Assembly (NCBI RefSeq): GCF_001447785.1
Contig: NW_015163107.1
Coordinates: 711,326 to 775,325 of the forward strand
Direction: 5' to 3'
From: Gekko japonicus
Taxonomy: Eukaryota
DNA: 64,000 nucleotides
The notes beneath the pieces are model-generated. The model saw only the letters and a program-made list of their open reading frames with translations, was not told the DNA's origin and did no database searches. Positions within the stretch are counted from its first letter, which is position 1. Each line of letters starts with the position of its first letter. Both the position numbers and the translations under genes were made by a program. Shown piece after piece: positions 24,841 through 36,142 of the stretch.

Positions 24841-27150
24841 AGGGTTCCAGAATGCTCTGCGGAATCCGATGCCTCCTGGGGCCTCATTAGATCTGGTAGG
24901 GGCCTGGAGTTCCTGTCTCTCTGAAGCCATTGATGAGGTTGCCCCCTGACATCCTCTACGCTCTTGTTTGAGATCAGCCCCCTGGAATACTGCAGAACGT
25001 AGGGGGATGAAATGAGAGCTTAGATGACTTGAGCGAGTTTGGCAGCGTACTCATGACGAAGTTACAAGAGCATCTTATAGGATGCTGATGAAATCCTATG
25101 AGATGGTGGTGAAGGCTGTGAAGAGAGAATTCCACTCAGCCTCCATTGCATCCGCTGGCTCTCGCCCAGCACAGTTATTTAGGGTGATTCGATCCCTGAT
25201 ATCTCTTATGGAGAGACACCAAAACAGATGCAGAAATTTGACTATTAGCGCTGAGGCATTTGCGAGCTTTTTCCGGAGAAAGTCTTGTCACTCTGCCATG
25301 ACTTACCTGCCAATGTTGATACAGTATGTGAACTAGAGGCCCCTTGGCCATCTTTGGATCCTGTTCTTGATTCTTGTAGCCTGCTCTCCTCTGCTGATGT
25401 TGACAGAATTCTGGGTGCTGTCAGGCCGACCACATGCCCCCTTGACCCGTGTCCCTCATGGCTGGTTAAAGCCAGTGGTGGGAAGATATGAGGCCCTCTG
25501 ATGGATATTGTACATCTGTCCCTGGAGACAGGGGTCTATCCAAAGTGTCTTAAGGAGGCCGTGGTAGTGCTGCTCTTGAAAAAACCATCACTGGATCCTT
25601 CAGATCCAGCCAATTACTGCCCAGTTTCAAACCTATCGTTTCTGGGTAAGGTGATTGAGAGAGCAGTGGCTGAGCAACTCCAAACTTTCCTGGATGACAC
25701 ATCGGAATTGGACCCATTCCAGTCTGGTTTTCACCCTGGCCTTGGGACAGAGATGGTGTTGGTCACCCTAATGGATGATCTCCATAGACAGCTGGATCAA
25801 GGCAGGTCGGCACTGCTGCTGTTGCTTGACCTCACAGCAGTGTTCGACACAGTCGATTATGATCTTCTGGCTCACCACCTTGCCGACATAGGAATTCGTA
25901 GGGTGGCCCTTCAATGGCTTCCCTCATTTCTTCAAAGTCGGGGAAAGAGGGTAGAACTGGGAGAGGATCTGTCCTCTAGGAAATCCCTGCTATGCGGGAT
26001 TCCACGGAGGCACTCCTCTCCCCGATGTTATTTAACATCTATATGCACCTCCTGGCCCAGCTGGCACAGAGTTTTGAGCTTGGGTGTCACCAATATGCAG
26101 ATGGCACCTAGCTGTATCTGTTGTCGGATAGCCACCTGTCTGTGGCCCCGCAAAATCTAGCTGAGGGTTTGGAGGCTGTGATGGGATGGTTAAAAAAGAG
26201 CAAAATGAGACTGAATCCAGAAAAGATGGAGGTTCTTTGGCTGGGAGGGAGAGCTTCAGGACTGGAGCCCAGGCTTCCACCTCTTGACGGGGCACCATTG
26301 AGATCGGCGCCATTCATCAAGAGTCTGGATGTGACTTTGGTTACCTCCTTAACTATGGAGGCCCAAGTCATGCATATTGCCAAACTGGCATTCTTCCATC
26401 TTCGCTAGGTACAGCAATTGGATCCTTTCCTGTCGCGCCCTGACCTAGTCACAGTAATCCATGCAACGGTCACCTCCAAATTAGACTACTGTAACTCGCT
26501 CTACGCCGGCCTACCCTTGAGGCTGACCCAGAATCTCCAGCTGATCCAGAATGCAGCGGCGCAAGTCCTGATGGGAACGTCATGGATGGTACATATTCAA
26601 CCAGTGCTGTAACAGTTACACTGGCTTCCAGTGGAATACCGAGTCAAGTTTTGGTATTAACCTTCAAGGACCGTTTCCTCCACTATGTCCCCGGGAGAGC
26701 GTTGCACTCTGCAGATAACAACTTACTGGTGATCCCTAGTCCCAAAGAGGCCCAGCTGTCCCTGGCCCTGGTCTTTTCGGTCCTGGCCCCAACCTGGTGG
26801 AACTCTCTGCCTACTACAGTCAGAGCCCTGTGGGACCTCATGCAATTCCACAGGGCCTGCAAGGCAGAGATGTTTTGCCAGGCTTTTGGTTAGGGACAGT
26901 GACAGTTTTCCAACATGGCTGGCACCCATCCCCCCGCAAAAAATGCCGTTTGCTAAATTTGAATTTGTTTTAAAATTGGTTTGATGTCATTAATTTTCTG
27001 ATATTTGATGTTTTTATATTGTATCTAAGGCTTAATACCATATTGTAAATTGCCCAGAGCCCGGCGCAAGTGAGGATGGGGCGAAATAATAATAGTAGTA
27101 GTAGTAGTAGCAGCAGCAGCAGCAGTGGTGGTGGTGGTGGTGGTGGTGGT
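24841..27150 (+). mobile_element. 5'-truncated L2 LINE (~2.3 kb, RT with stops and frameshifts) with microsatellite tail
   Basis: TCPLDPCPSWL, LKEAVV..LLKKPSLD...NYCPVSNLSFLGKVIER, FQSGF, LLDLTAVFDTVD, LDYCNSLYAGLP...QNAAA; 3' UTR and trinucleotide tail. Confidence 0.93.
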
Positions 27151-27229
27151 GCATGGTGGAGGAGTACGGAATCAAACCTGGTTCTCCAGATTAGAGTCTG
27201 TCGCTCTTAACCACTACACCATGCTGGCT
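27151..27229 (-). mobile_element. Squam3-type SINE 5' head (remainder of interrupted copy)
   Basis: GGAGGAGTACGGAATCAAACCTGGTTCTCCAGATTAGAGTC...AACCACTACACCATGCTGGCT. Confidence 0.8.
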
Positions 27230-27452
27230 TTATAGCTGTTACTTTTCAAACTTAACACAGACAAAAACTTGGATCCCACTAAGTGTACAGCTAGTTCCAC
27301 AAGTCTGGTCCTACTGCTTCAGAATCAAAGAACTCAGAGTACAGGAATGTGTAAGCCTCGAACGAGGGCTGTAGGGTTCAGCAATAATAAGTTTCTTGTT
27401 TGGCAATGTGAACCAGGACAGAGCCAGAGCCTCTCTCTAGTTAATCAGTATA

Positions 27453-27848
27453 GGCCCTGTTCATACGAGCCCATTTGGTCCGGAAGCGGGACGGAACGGG
27501 GGCGGAGCAAACCGGCGCGATCCCACCTCAACATCTGGGGAGCGTGCCGGATCCGTCCCGGTTCCGTCCCTTCCAGCGTTGCTCCGCGGCGTAAAAGAAC
27601 CACCTGCCGGGGAGAATGCGAAGGTGGGAAGGGGAGCCTGGCGAACTGCGCATGCTCACACATGCGCAGTTCGGCCAGGAGCCGGGGATGCGCCGGCGCA
27701 AGGACGCGCCGGCGATCCCACGGCCAGCGTTGCTGCGGCCCTTCAGAAAGAACCACCTCTGTGAGATCCCGCCGCGCCGTCCCAACTTTGCTGCGGCTCA
27801 CATTTGCCGCAGATCAGCCCTCCGTTTCCCTGCCGTGTGGCAGGGACC
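27453..27848. mobile_element. CpG-rich PIF/Harbinger-like MITE
   Basis: Imperfect TIRs GGCCCTGTTCATACG / CGTGTGGCAGGGACC; 3-bp flanking repeat ATA; sharp GC boundary. Confidence 0.65.
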
Positions 27849-28199
27849 ATAGACACCCAAACTGAAGGCAACCCAAGAGTGGCTTCTCCTAATATAAATA
27901 CTGGGAGTTGATCAGAAGGGGAATACACATTTAACAGGATAGTTCTGGTGTCCTGATGGTCTTTCTTCTGCTGCTGGTGTTTCCTGCCTGGCGGAAGTAC
28001 ATTCCCAATACCCATCAATTCCCATCCTTCAGTTTCTGTAACTTCCACAATCTCATGCCTTTGCTGTTTTGAGGCTCCTGCACTTCTCTGCCATCAAACT
28101 ATTCACATGTACGACCGACTGCACTTTTTAAGGGGCTTAAAAGTGCTGTAAATAAAAATACAGGACTGTGAAGGGTTAATACTTCACAGAGCCTTGACA

Positions 28200-28460
28200 G
28201 GAGGAGGAGGACGAGATTGATTTTATACTTTGCCCTTCACTATCGGAAGGAGTCTCAGAGCGGTTTACAATCTCATTTCCCTTCCCCTCCCCACAACAGA
28301 CACCCTGTGAGGTAGATGGGGCTGAGAGAGCGCTCTCAAGAGCTGCCCTTGAGAGAACAGCTCTAAAAGAACTTATGACTGTCCCTAGGTCACACCAGCA
28401 GCTGCATGAGGGGGAGTGGGGAACCAAACTCAGTTCTCCCAGATTAGAGTTCGTGCTCTT
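28200..28460 (-). mobile_element. Squam3-type tRNA SINE
   Basis: CCCCACAACAGACACCCTGTGAGGTAG...GGGCTGAGAG...TTCTCCCAGATTAGAG; similar to 30666-30950. Confidence 0.85.
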
Positions 28461-30665
28461 GATTGTTTGGTATCAGATGAGCAAAAAAAAAAGTCTTGTG
28501 AGAGCTAGATGCTAAGGAGAAGATTCAGATTCTTGCCTTAGCTGTGACGTGTCTAGCCATGACAGAAAAAGGGTTTAGTGCTGACAAAGTCAGAATTCAT
28601 TAGTGAGTGAATATAGTCATAATTCAGCACTAGCTGAACACAGACAGCGAACTGAGGTAAAGTTTGGCAAGGAGGTTAGGGTAAAATAAGAAGTCTCCCA
28701 TTCAGGCCAAAAGGAACAGGGGATATATCATCTAGGGAGAGAAGAAAAATCCCTACCCAGTCAAACAGGGAGAGTTATCTTTGAGGAGTAGAGATTCCCT
28801 GGTCTAGTGTGATTGGATACTGCTTGTGGAGGCTTTAAAAATCAGTCAAAAACTCAAGAAGATTTCTGGTGTTCCAAGAGAAGGGGTTTGGATACTGGGA
28901 AGAGGGTACCAGCCTTCTGGGCACCAAAAGAGTCTGTTACTATACAAATAAAGTATATTTATATAAAGTATATTTATTTTGTACTATACAAAATAAAGAA
29001 CAATAGTAACTGAATAATTCAAGACACTCTCACTAGTCTGAGCTTTCAGAATAAGAGTTTGTGCTTATACTATTTTACCTCAGCATTTTCAACCCATGAC
29101 TTCACCTAACCTTTCCCCTTGATGTTAAATAAAATCTTCTACAATTTTTGAACTTTCATGTTGCAATCAAAATAATAACTCCCAAGTGACTCAAGTGCCA
29201 TTTTCTGTCATTTAAGTTAAAGGGAGACCCATCCCTAACCCTTCCCTCAGGTCCGGGGCTGAGCAAATAGCCATCACATATTATGGACACAGGGTGGGAC
29301 TGCTAAAACTACACGTTACCAGGGCTGCTCAGTCAGTGAAGAGACACAAAAAGAAAAATGGAGGGAAAACCTTGCCTCTGAGGGAGGGAAGTTGGCGGGG
29401 TCTGTCATAACACCCCTTTTGGATTTTAATTTGGCTACTGTTTCTCCCTTGCTGCTGTTATTTTGATTACCTGCCTTTGACCCACTCAGTGACTGCAGCT
29501 GTTCACAGAACAAAGTGGAGCACAGAGAGGAAGACAAGAGTACTGCAGAGAACTTTACCCTCTTATAAACATGCCTGAGGCCCATCTGGTTTCTAAGCAC
29601 TTTTTCTTAAACCTGTATGTTTATTGTGAAGCAGAGCTCTGTTCAAAACCAAACTCTATAACTCATTTGGGGTACAAACACAGGTGAATAGAATTTTGTC
29701 TGCCTCCCCAGACCGGTCGTTTGCTGCATGCTCTTCTACTGATCACAGCACCAGCAGCTGACACAGTCTGCATCCGGTCTTGCATTGGGTCCCCAATCAC
29801 CACTCAACTTCCTGATTTCACTGCACAAAATGTTATACCTCATTACAGAACTATCAACCTTTAAGCGATTAGTCTGGATGTTAAGTCTCACAATGTTTCC
29901 CTTGCTGGTCACTGGTCCCCTTCCTCTCTTTGTAGACTATTCTCCATTTATTTAGAAACAATCAATTCTAATCTGCACTACTGATGGTGGGTAGAGATCC
30001 AGGAGCTGCTCTGGATTAAGTGATAAAAAAAATGGTACATTACATAAAAAATTAGAGGGAGGAAATTGGCTTCCAAGCTCAGGAACCAAACTTTTACCAT
30101 CCCATGCCTATTCAACTCCCTCCAACTGGAGCGGTATTTCTCACTTTCTGAATTCCTACAATATCTTTCCTTGCACGCAGAACGCACAGCACACTTTGGG
30201 GGCTACTATTTTGATCGCAGCATGAAAGAGTCCACACTCTTGTTGCCCTTGACATATAATGGAACTCTTAGTCCAAACAACACTGACACCGTAAGCAATA
30301 GCTGTCTTGTTTTAAATTAAACTACTTCACAAAAGTTTTTTAAAAATCCACAAATGAATTAACTTCCAAATGAAAGTACACCATTTCCTTGTTGCAGCTT
30401 CATTTCTTTCTGTAAACAGCCACTTATCTGGTCTGCTGTGGTAAACAAGAATCACCTCTGGATAGGTAAGCTGACAGTGCAGTCTTAATAACTCTGTCTA
30501 GAAGTACACTGTGAAAGATGGTTCATTTAGTTTCCTTTCAAGCTACCAACATGCCACAAAATGACTAACATCGGTTCTGGACATGTAAGGCAGTAAAACG
30601 CATATGTGAGATAGTAACCTGCAGGGACTTGGAGTGCAAGGCTGCCTTCTTTCAAATCTTTTTTC

Positions 30666-30950
30666 AAGAAGGAAGAAGAAGAAGAGATTGGATTTATACC
30701 CCACCCTTCACTTGGAGTCTCAAAGCGGCTTACAAACTCCTTTCCCTTCCCCTCCCCACAACAGACACCCTGTGAGGTGGGTGGGGCTGAGAGAACTCTG
30801 ACACAAACTGCTCTTTTTCAAGGACACCTGTGCCACAGGTTGTGACTGACCCAAGGTCACATCAGCAGGTGCAAGTGGAGGAGTGGGGAATCAAACCCGG
30901 TTCTCCCAGATTAGAGTCCACGCACTTAAGCACTACACCAAACTGGCTCT
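30666..30950 (-). mobile_element. Full-length Squam3-type tRNA SINE
   Basis: Minus strand begins AGAGCCAGTTTGGTGTAGTG, B-box GGTTTGATTCCCC, ends (TTC)n. Confidence 0.88.
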
Positions 30951-30985
30951 CCCTACACCAAACTGGCTCTCTACACCATGTCCTT

Positions 30986-31068
30986 AACAAAGTCTGAGTC
31001 CAGTGGCACCTTTAAGACCAATGAAGTTCAATTCAAGGTATAAGCTTTTGTGTGCATGCACCTTTCAT
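30986..31068 (-). mobile_element. Penelope-like terminal repeat remnant
   Basis: AACAAAGTCTGAGTCCAGTGGCACCTTTAAGACCAA...GGTATAAGCTTTTGTGTGCATGCAC, homologous to 34928-35055. Confidence 0.7.
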
Positions 31069-31431
31069 ATTTCAGTATTTCCCATCAAGAGAAAGGTAAT
31101 TCCTATTCCAAGCATTGTTCTTAGCTTAATGGGTCCCTCTACAGACTGTATCAACTGAACTTACAGCTTGAAAGTCCTGTCGTTCAACTGAGCCCTCAAG
31201 AAAAGGTGGTGTTATGTAGCCTAGTAAGCACCTAACAAAATACCTAAAGAGAAAGAGTGCACAGAAGAGTGCTGAGGGGAAATGTATGCTTACAAATAAA
31301 TGCACCATTAAAAACAACAACAACAGTGAAGGACTAATAAGAGGGAATGAGAGCTTGACACAATGAACTCCTTTAAAGAACAGATGCCAGGAGGTCTTCT
31401 GCAGCACCAAGAAATAGGACTTAGAATAATC

Positions 31432-31538
31432 GTGGTGGAAAGTGCTGTCAAGTCACAGCCAATTCATGGCAACCCCATAGGGTTTTCAAGGCAAGAGACT
31501 ACCAGAAGTGGTTTGCCACTGCCTGCCTCTGTGTGGCA
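31432..31538 (-). mobile_element. Retroposon 3' end (SINE/LINE, family uncertain)
   Basis: GTGGTGGAAAGTGCTGTCAAGTCACAGCC...AGAAGTGGTTTGCCA; related copy at ~38725-38945. Confidence 0.55.
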
Positions 31539-31708
31539 CAGGCCCGTAGCTACAGTGGGGCATCGTGGGGCCTGGCCCCCCAACCTACTGCCAAGGCCCC
31601 CTGACTTCCCATCCAGCCCAGGCCCCCCAACTTCCAATTTGGGTGTGTGGGGTGCCACCCAACCTATTTAAAGGCCCCCTGAATTCAAAAATCCTGGCTA
31701 CGGGCCTG
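31539..31708. mobile_element. hAT-like MITE (CAGGCCCGTAGC family)
   Basis: Perfect 12-bp TIR CAGGCCCGTAGC / GCTACGGGCCTG; same termini as 48419-49467 and 62448-62717; TSD not clear. Confidence 0.8.
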
Positions 31709-32849
31709 TTGGCCCCTCGACCTTCCTCTATCACTGTCACCCACCCACCCACGTGCTGGACTGGCCCTTTTCAGAACAGGCGGGGGGAGCACTGTATGCT
31801 CCGTGGACTCCACAGTGTGGAGGGCTTCTGTCCTTTGGTGGGCCTTGCACCAATACCCTGAGGCCCTTCAGAGCGACGCTTTAAAGGCAAGATTAATCTC
31901 AATATTTGCGCACATGGCCTCCGAAGGTCAAGTTTGGGAAGGGAGCTGATCCAGTAGCACTGCTGCTCAGAGCGCCCTGCCCTAACCCAAGGGGTGGTCA
32001 GTCTCTCCTCTTGATTGGAAGGGACTTTGCACGAAAGATGGCAAGGAGGGCCTTACCAGTTAATAAATCAGAACTATATACTCCAATAATGAACAAGAAA
32101 CCTCCTTGCGGGAAGAACAGAGGGAGAGAGACTCGTGGGCTCTTGGGGAAAGTAGCAGCTCAACCTAGAAAATATGTAGCAAATGCCAAAAACACATCTT
32201 CCTTTTTTTGCTGCACATGAAATACATAATAGTTTATTTTTTTAAAAAACCACTACAGAATTCATTACTGGTCATCAGAAAGTGGGATTCTCACAATGAA
32301 CCACCCACTATCTATTTAAAAGTGGGGGGGTCATATTAATTTCAAAACCCAGAAATAAATTGGTGCTAAAGAGATTTTTTTCACAGGAAGGATGGGGATT
32401 GGATTCCAGTGAAAATGATTCAATGTTAATAAAGCATCTAAAATTAGAATAGCTGAAAAATGTTGAAACTGGTGGCTCATCCTCCCACACACTACATTAT
32501 CCAAAGAGGTTGCCTGCTATTAACTCTACCAGCCTTTGAATGTGTTGAGTGTGTGTCTTTGTCTCCAATACTGCAGTAGGAGCAATGTTACTACAGACTT
32601 GCAGCTCGACTAGCTGCTCTCAGGCTGCTGCCCGGGCTGCCTAAGCCCAGCTCTAGTTTATTGGTTCTTGTACTACCTTCCAAAAGGCTAGTTTTTGTCT
32701 TTTTCTAGGTAGTTCTCCCAAACGACACATTCACCGGTCCTTTAAATAAGCTACAGGAGTAGAGAGGAATACCTTCAAGATGATGACAACTGCTGGAGCC
32801 AATGTTCCCTCTAAGCTGTGAAGTCTTGCGAGCAATAATTCTACTTTGT

Positions 32850-32945
32850 TTTTGTTTTTTTTGTAAATCTTTTTATTTCGTTATTTTACAGTATCATTAC
32901 ATCGTTTAACACTTATTTATATACCTCCCTACAAGAAGATATATC
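32850..32945 (-). mobile_element. Short L1-like 3' end insertion
   Basis: Minus strand ends AATAAAAAGATTTACAAAAAAAACAAAA; flanked by a ~94-bp direct repeat. Confidence 0.6.
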
Positions 32946-32992
32946 GGAGTAGAGAGGGATACCTTCAAGATGATGACAACAACTGCTGGAGC

Positions 32993-33198
32993 CAATGTTC
33001 CCTCTAAGCTGTGAAGTCTTGCGAGCAATAATTCTACTTTGTGAGCTATTGGCATGAAGGTTGTGAGCGAGCGATTTGGCTACTGTGTAAATTAGTTTGT
33101 CCTGGAGCCCTCCTTCCTGAGCCAAGACAAAAATGTGTGAGCCGGAGGCTAAAAAACTGTGAGCTAGCTCACACTAGCTCAGCTTAGAGGGAACACTG
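32993..33198. mobile_element. Complete hAT MITE, 206 bp
   Basis: 19-bp TIR CAATGTTCCCTCTAAGCTG / CAGCTTAGAGGGAACACTG (1 mismatch); exact 8-bp TSD GCTGGAGC at 32985-32992 and 33199-33206. Confidence 0.93.
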
Positions 33199-34538
33199 GC
33201 TGGAGCATGTTCCGTCTCCCACCTTGTGGTATGAGGTCCCTGAGGATGTGAGAGTGGCCTCGTTTTTAGAAGGCCTGTAAGACCACTTTCTTTATTTGCA
33301 AACGTTTTTAATGAGGTTTAACATGCAGACGTTTTCTTGCATGGGGGGGTGTTGTATTTTGTATGTTTTTAATATTGGGATTGTAAACTTTATGGGAAAT
33401 ACAGGGTACAAATCAATTAATTAAAAAAAAGAGTTTTAGTCAAGCCACAAAAAGGGTCTCCTGTCATCCCTAGTAACTCTATCCCATGCTACCTTTACTC
33501 TTATGCTGTTCTTTCATTTCATTAACCTTTAAAACCCTATGATGAAGGACCACATGCTTTACTGTGAGCCTCTCTTTATACTTAGATTGTCTGAAAAAGC
33601 CCTGCTCCATATGATACCACTTAGAATGTGATACCACTTAGAAGTTCAGTCAGTAGTTACATATGGCAGAACCTTCTCAGTGTTGCCTCCAAGACTGTGA
33701 AACTCCCTTCCCCATGAGATAGATCTGGATCCATCTATCTATTCTTTTAGGACAATGATTGAAGAAAATTATTTTCATAAGATTTTTGGTTTAAACTCAT
33801 AGTTTGATGTCAGGTTGCTGCTGTTTTTGGATTCTGCTATGAGGACAGTTTTTAGAGGTTATCGCAAACTAGATTTGAATGTTGCTTTATTCATGCCCTC
33901 TGCTGCATTTTCACTTTACTGATTATTTTTACTGTGATTCTAAATCGTATTTTGTAGTTTTATATCTGATTTTACTTGTAAAATCCCTGGCAGCATCTTA
34001 TGTTGAAAAGCCGGCACCAAGTATTTTAATTAATAAATAAGACATGGAATTTGAATGTTGGGTGCTGCATTTGCCAGACTTACAAGCAAAGAGCAATTCT
34101 CTCACTGCAGCAAGATCCTAAGTAATGCAGAGAAACAGAAGTCCACCACATGCTCACTGTTTAGAACTAGATGTGAAAATTTGTACAAAAAGAGTAAAAC
34201 TTTACTGCTTTGCTCCAATCACTGGCTTCCTCCCAAGTTTCAGATAACTAGTGTTGCAACCTTTAATCGGTTTAATCAGGGGATTAATCAACTAAAGATT
34301 TAGGAACAATTTCAATCAGTGAGGGTCAGGTCTAATTGCTAGGGCTGAAAATTAAGGGCACACCTTTTGAGGCTATTTTGGTTCTGGTTTGTTACTGTAA
34401 TAGGCAATGAAAAAGGAAACATTAAAAGAAAGGCTCTCCTTCTAACCATGACAGTAACATTTGTCCATTTAAATTTGAGTTGTACCACATTTCCATTAGC
34501 ACTTCAAAAGACTAAGATACTGGATTTTCAGTTTAGCA

Positions 34539-34796
34539 TAGGGCTGCCAAGCCGCGGCGGGGGATTTGCACGTCTTCACAGGATCCCTGCCGCGGGGGAC
34601 AGCGATATGCGTTGGACCGCCGTCGCCAGGATGTGACACTACGCGTCGCTCTGGCAACGGGACTCCAAACAGCCCCGTTGCCAGAGCAACGCGTAGCGTC
34701 ACATCCTGGTGACGGCGGTGCAACGCATATCGCTGTCCCCCATGGCAGGGATCCTGTGAAAACGTGCGGATCCCCCGCCGCGGCTTGGCAGCCCTA
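34539..34796. mobile_element. Fold-back hAT MITE, 258 bp
   Basis: Whole element is a near-perfect palindrome, termini TAGGGCTGCCAAGCCGCGGCGGGGGAT; TSD GTTTAGCA / GTTTAACA. Confidence 0.93.
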
Positions 34797-34927
34797 GTTT
34801 AACAAGATTACTGAACTTTAACCAACTGATTAATCAATTAAAAGCCAAATAGTAATCAACTAACAATGCTTTTCAGACAGCCCTAAATTTAAAATGTCTA
34901 GATTTTTGGCACACTATTCATACAAAT

Positions 34928-35055
34928 AGATTCAAGTGGGTAGCCGTGTTGGTCTGAAGCAGCAGAACAAAGTTTGAGACCAATGGCACCTTTACGACCA
35001 ACAAAGTTTTATTCTGGGTATAAGCATTCATGTGCAAGCACACTTCTTCAGATAC
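34928..35055 (-). mobile_element. Penelope-like terminal repeat with degenerate minimal hammerhead ribozyme
   Basis: Minus strand GTAT-CTGAAGA-A-GTGTGC-TT-GCACAT-GAAT-GC-TTA-TAC at 35055-35018; 8-bp direct repeat ATACAAAT at 34920-34927 and 35052-35059. Confidence 0.78.
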
Positions 35056-35256
35056 AAATGTAAGGTGTACATATGAGGCATGCACTGCAGTCATCTTATT
35101 TTATTTGTAAACAATCTTTCTAGCTCTCATGGCTAATAGTAAAGCTTCACATTTATATAGATAGTGCTTTCAGTGTTCAAAGCGCTTTATGCATTATCCT
35201 GATGCAATCCTTCAAAAGCCCTTCAAGATAGGCCAGTACTGAGGACTAGTGTGATA

Positions 35257-35572
35257 TAGGGTTGCCAAATAGAAAAATCTTACCGGCTGGGGAGCGTCCT
35301 GTCGCTCCGGGAGCCGGCCGGGGACGTGCGCGCGCACGCTTCCGGAGTGTCACCGGACGTGACGTCACACGCTGGGCGGGGCCACGCCCTTTGTGGGGAA
35401 AACCCTTTGTTTTCCCCTCAAATGGCGTTGCCCCGCCCCCAGCATGCGACGTCACTTCCAGGTGACGCACACGCGGGGTTGGGGTTTCCCCCGGGCCCCG
35501 ATTCCGCAGGAGCGGGAATCGGGGCTCGAAACCGGGGGGAATTTCACCCCCTGGGGGGATTTGGGAACCCTA
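35257..35572. mobile_element. CpG-rich hAT MITE, 316 bp
   Basis: TIR TAGGGTTGCCAAAT / ATTTGGGAACCCTA; exact 8-bp TSD GTGTGATA at 35249-35256 and 35573-35580. Confidence 0.93.
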
Positions 35573-35929
35573 GTGTGATATAACAGAACTCCCCCAGCCA
35601 CTGGGTGACTTTGGTCAAGCCACTCACTCTCTTTTATCCTAACTCTATCTCACAGGGTTTCTATTGTGATAAAATGAAGAAAGGGAGAACCGTGTGCATT
35701 GGCCTCCTTAGAATAAGGGCAGAAGAAAATGTAACAGATATATTATTATCCACACACTGAGACGGGAGCTCCATTCAAGACTATCAATAAAACAGGAACC
35801 TCAGGACAGAGTCCCAATGTTTAGGACATTTGACTATGATCAGCTTGATTAGAGTGCTTCATACTGTGAGCAGCAAATTCAACTTTCAAAAGGCCCTTTG
35901 GACTGTTCTATGGTGGCTGAAATATTTTT

Positions 35930-36142
35930 AGAGCCAGTGTGGTTTAATGGTTTAGAGTTCTGGAGTACAACCAGGTTCAGGTTCCCACTCTGCCATGAAG
36001 CCTGATGAGTGATTATGGGCCAGTCACTCTCTCACAGCCTAGCGTACTTCACAGGGTTGTGGGGGGGAAATGGGGGCAAGGAGAACAATGTAAGCTGCCC
36101 TGAGTTCATTGAAGGAAAGGAGGGATAAAAGTGTGACAGATA
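35930..36142 (+). mobile_element. Older tRNA-derived SINE (Squam3/MIR-like)
   Basis: AGAGCCAGTGTGGTTTAATGG head, GGGCCAGTCACTCTCTC, CACAGGGTTGT core. Confidence 0.65.

Noticed and set aside
25501-26160. 219-aa RT ORF as an active gene
   Set aside because: Part of a 5'-truncated L2 with flanking stops and frameshifts
33608-33641. 17-bp tandem duplication (also 31-bp period repeat at ~53872-53930)
   Set aside because: Ordinary slippage duplications with no further structure
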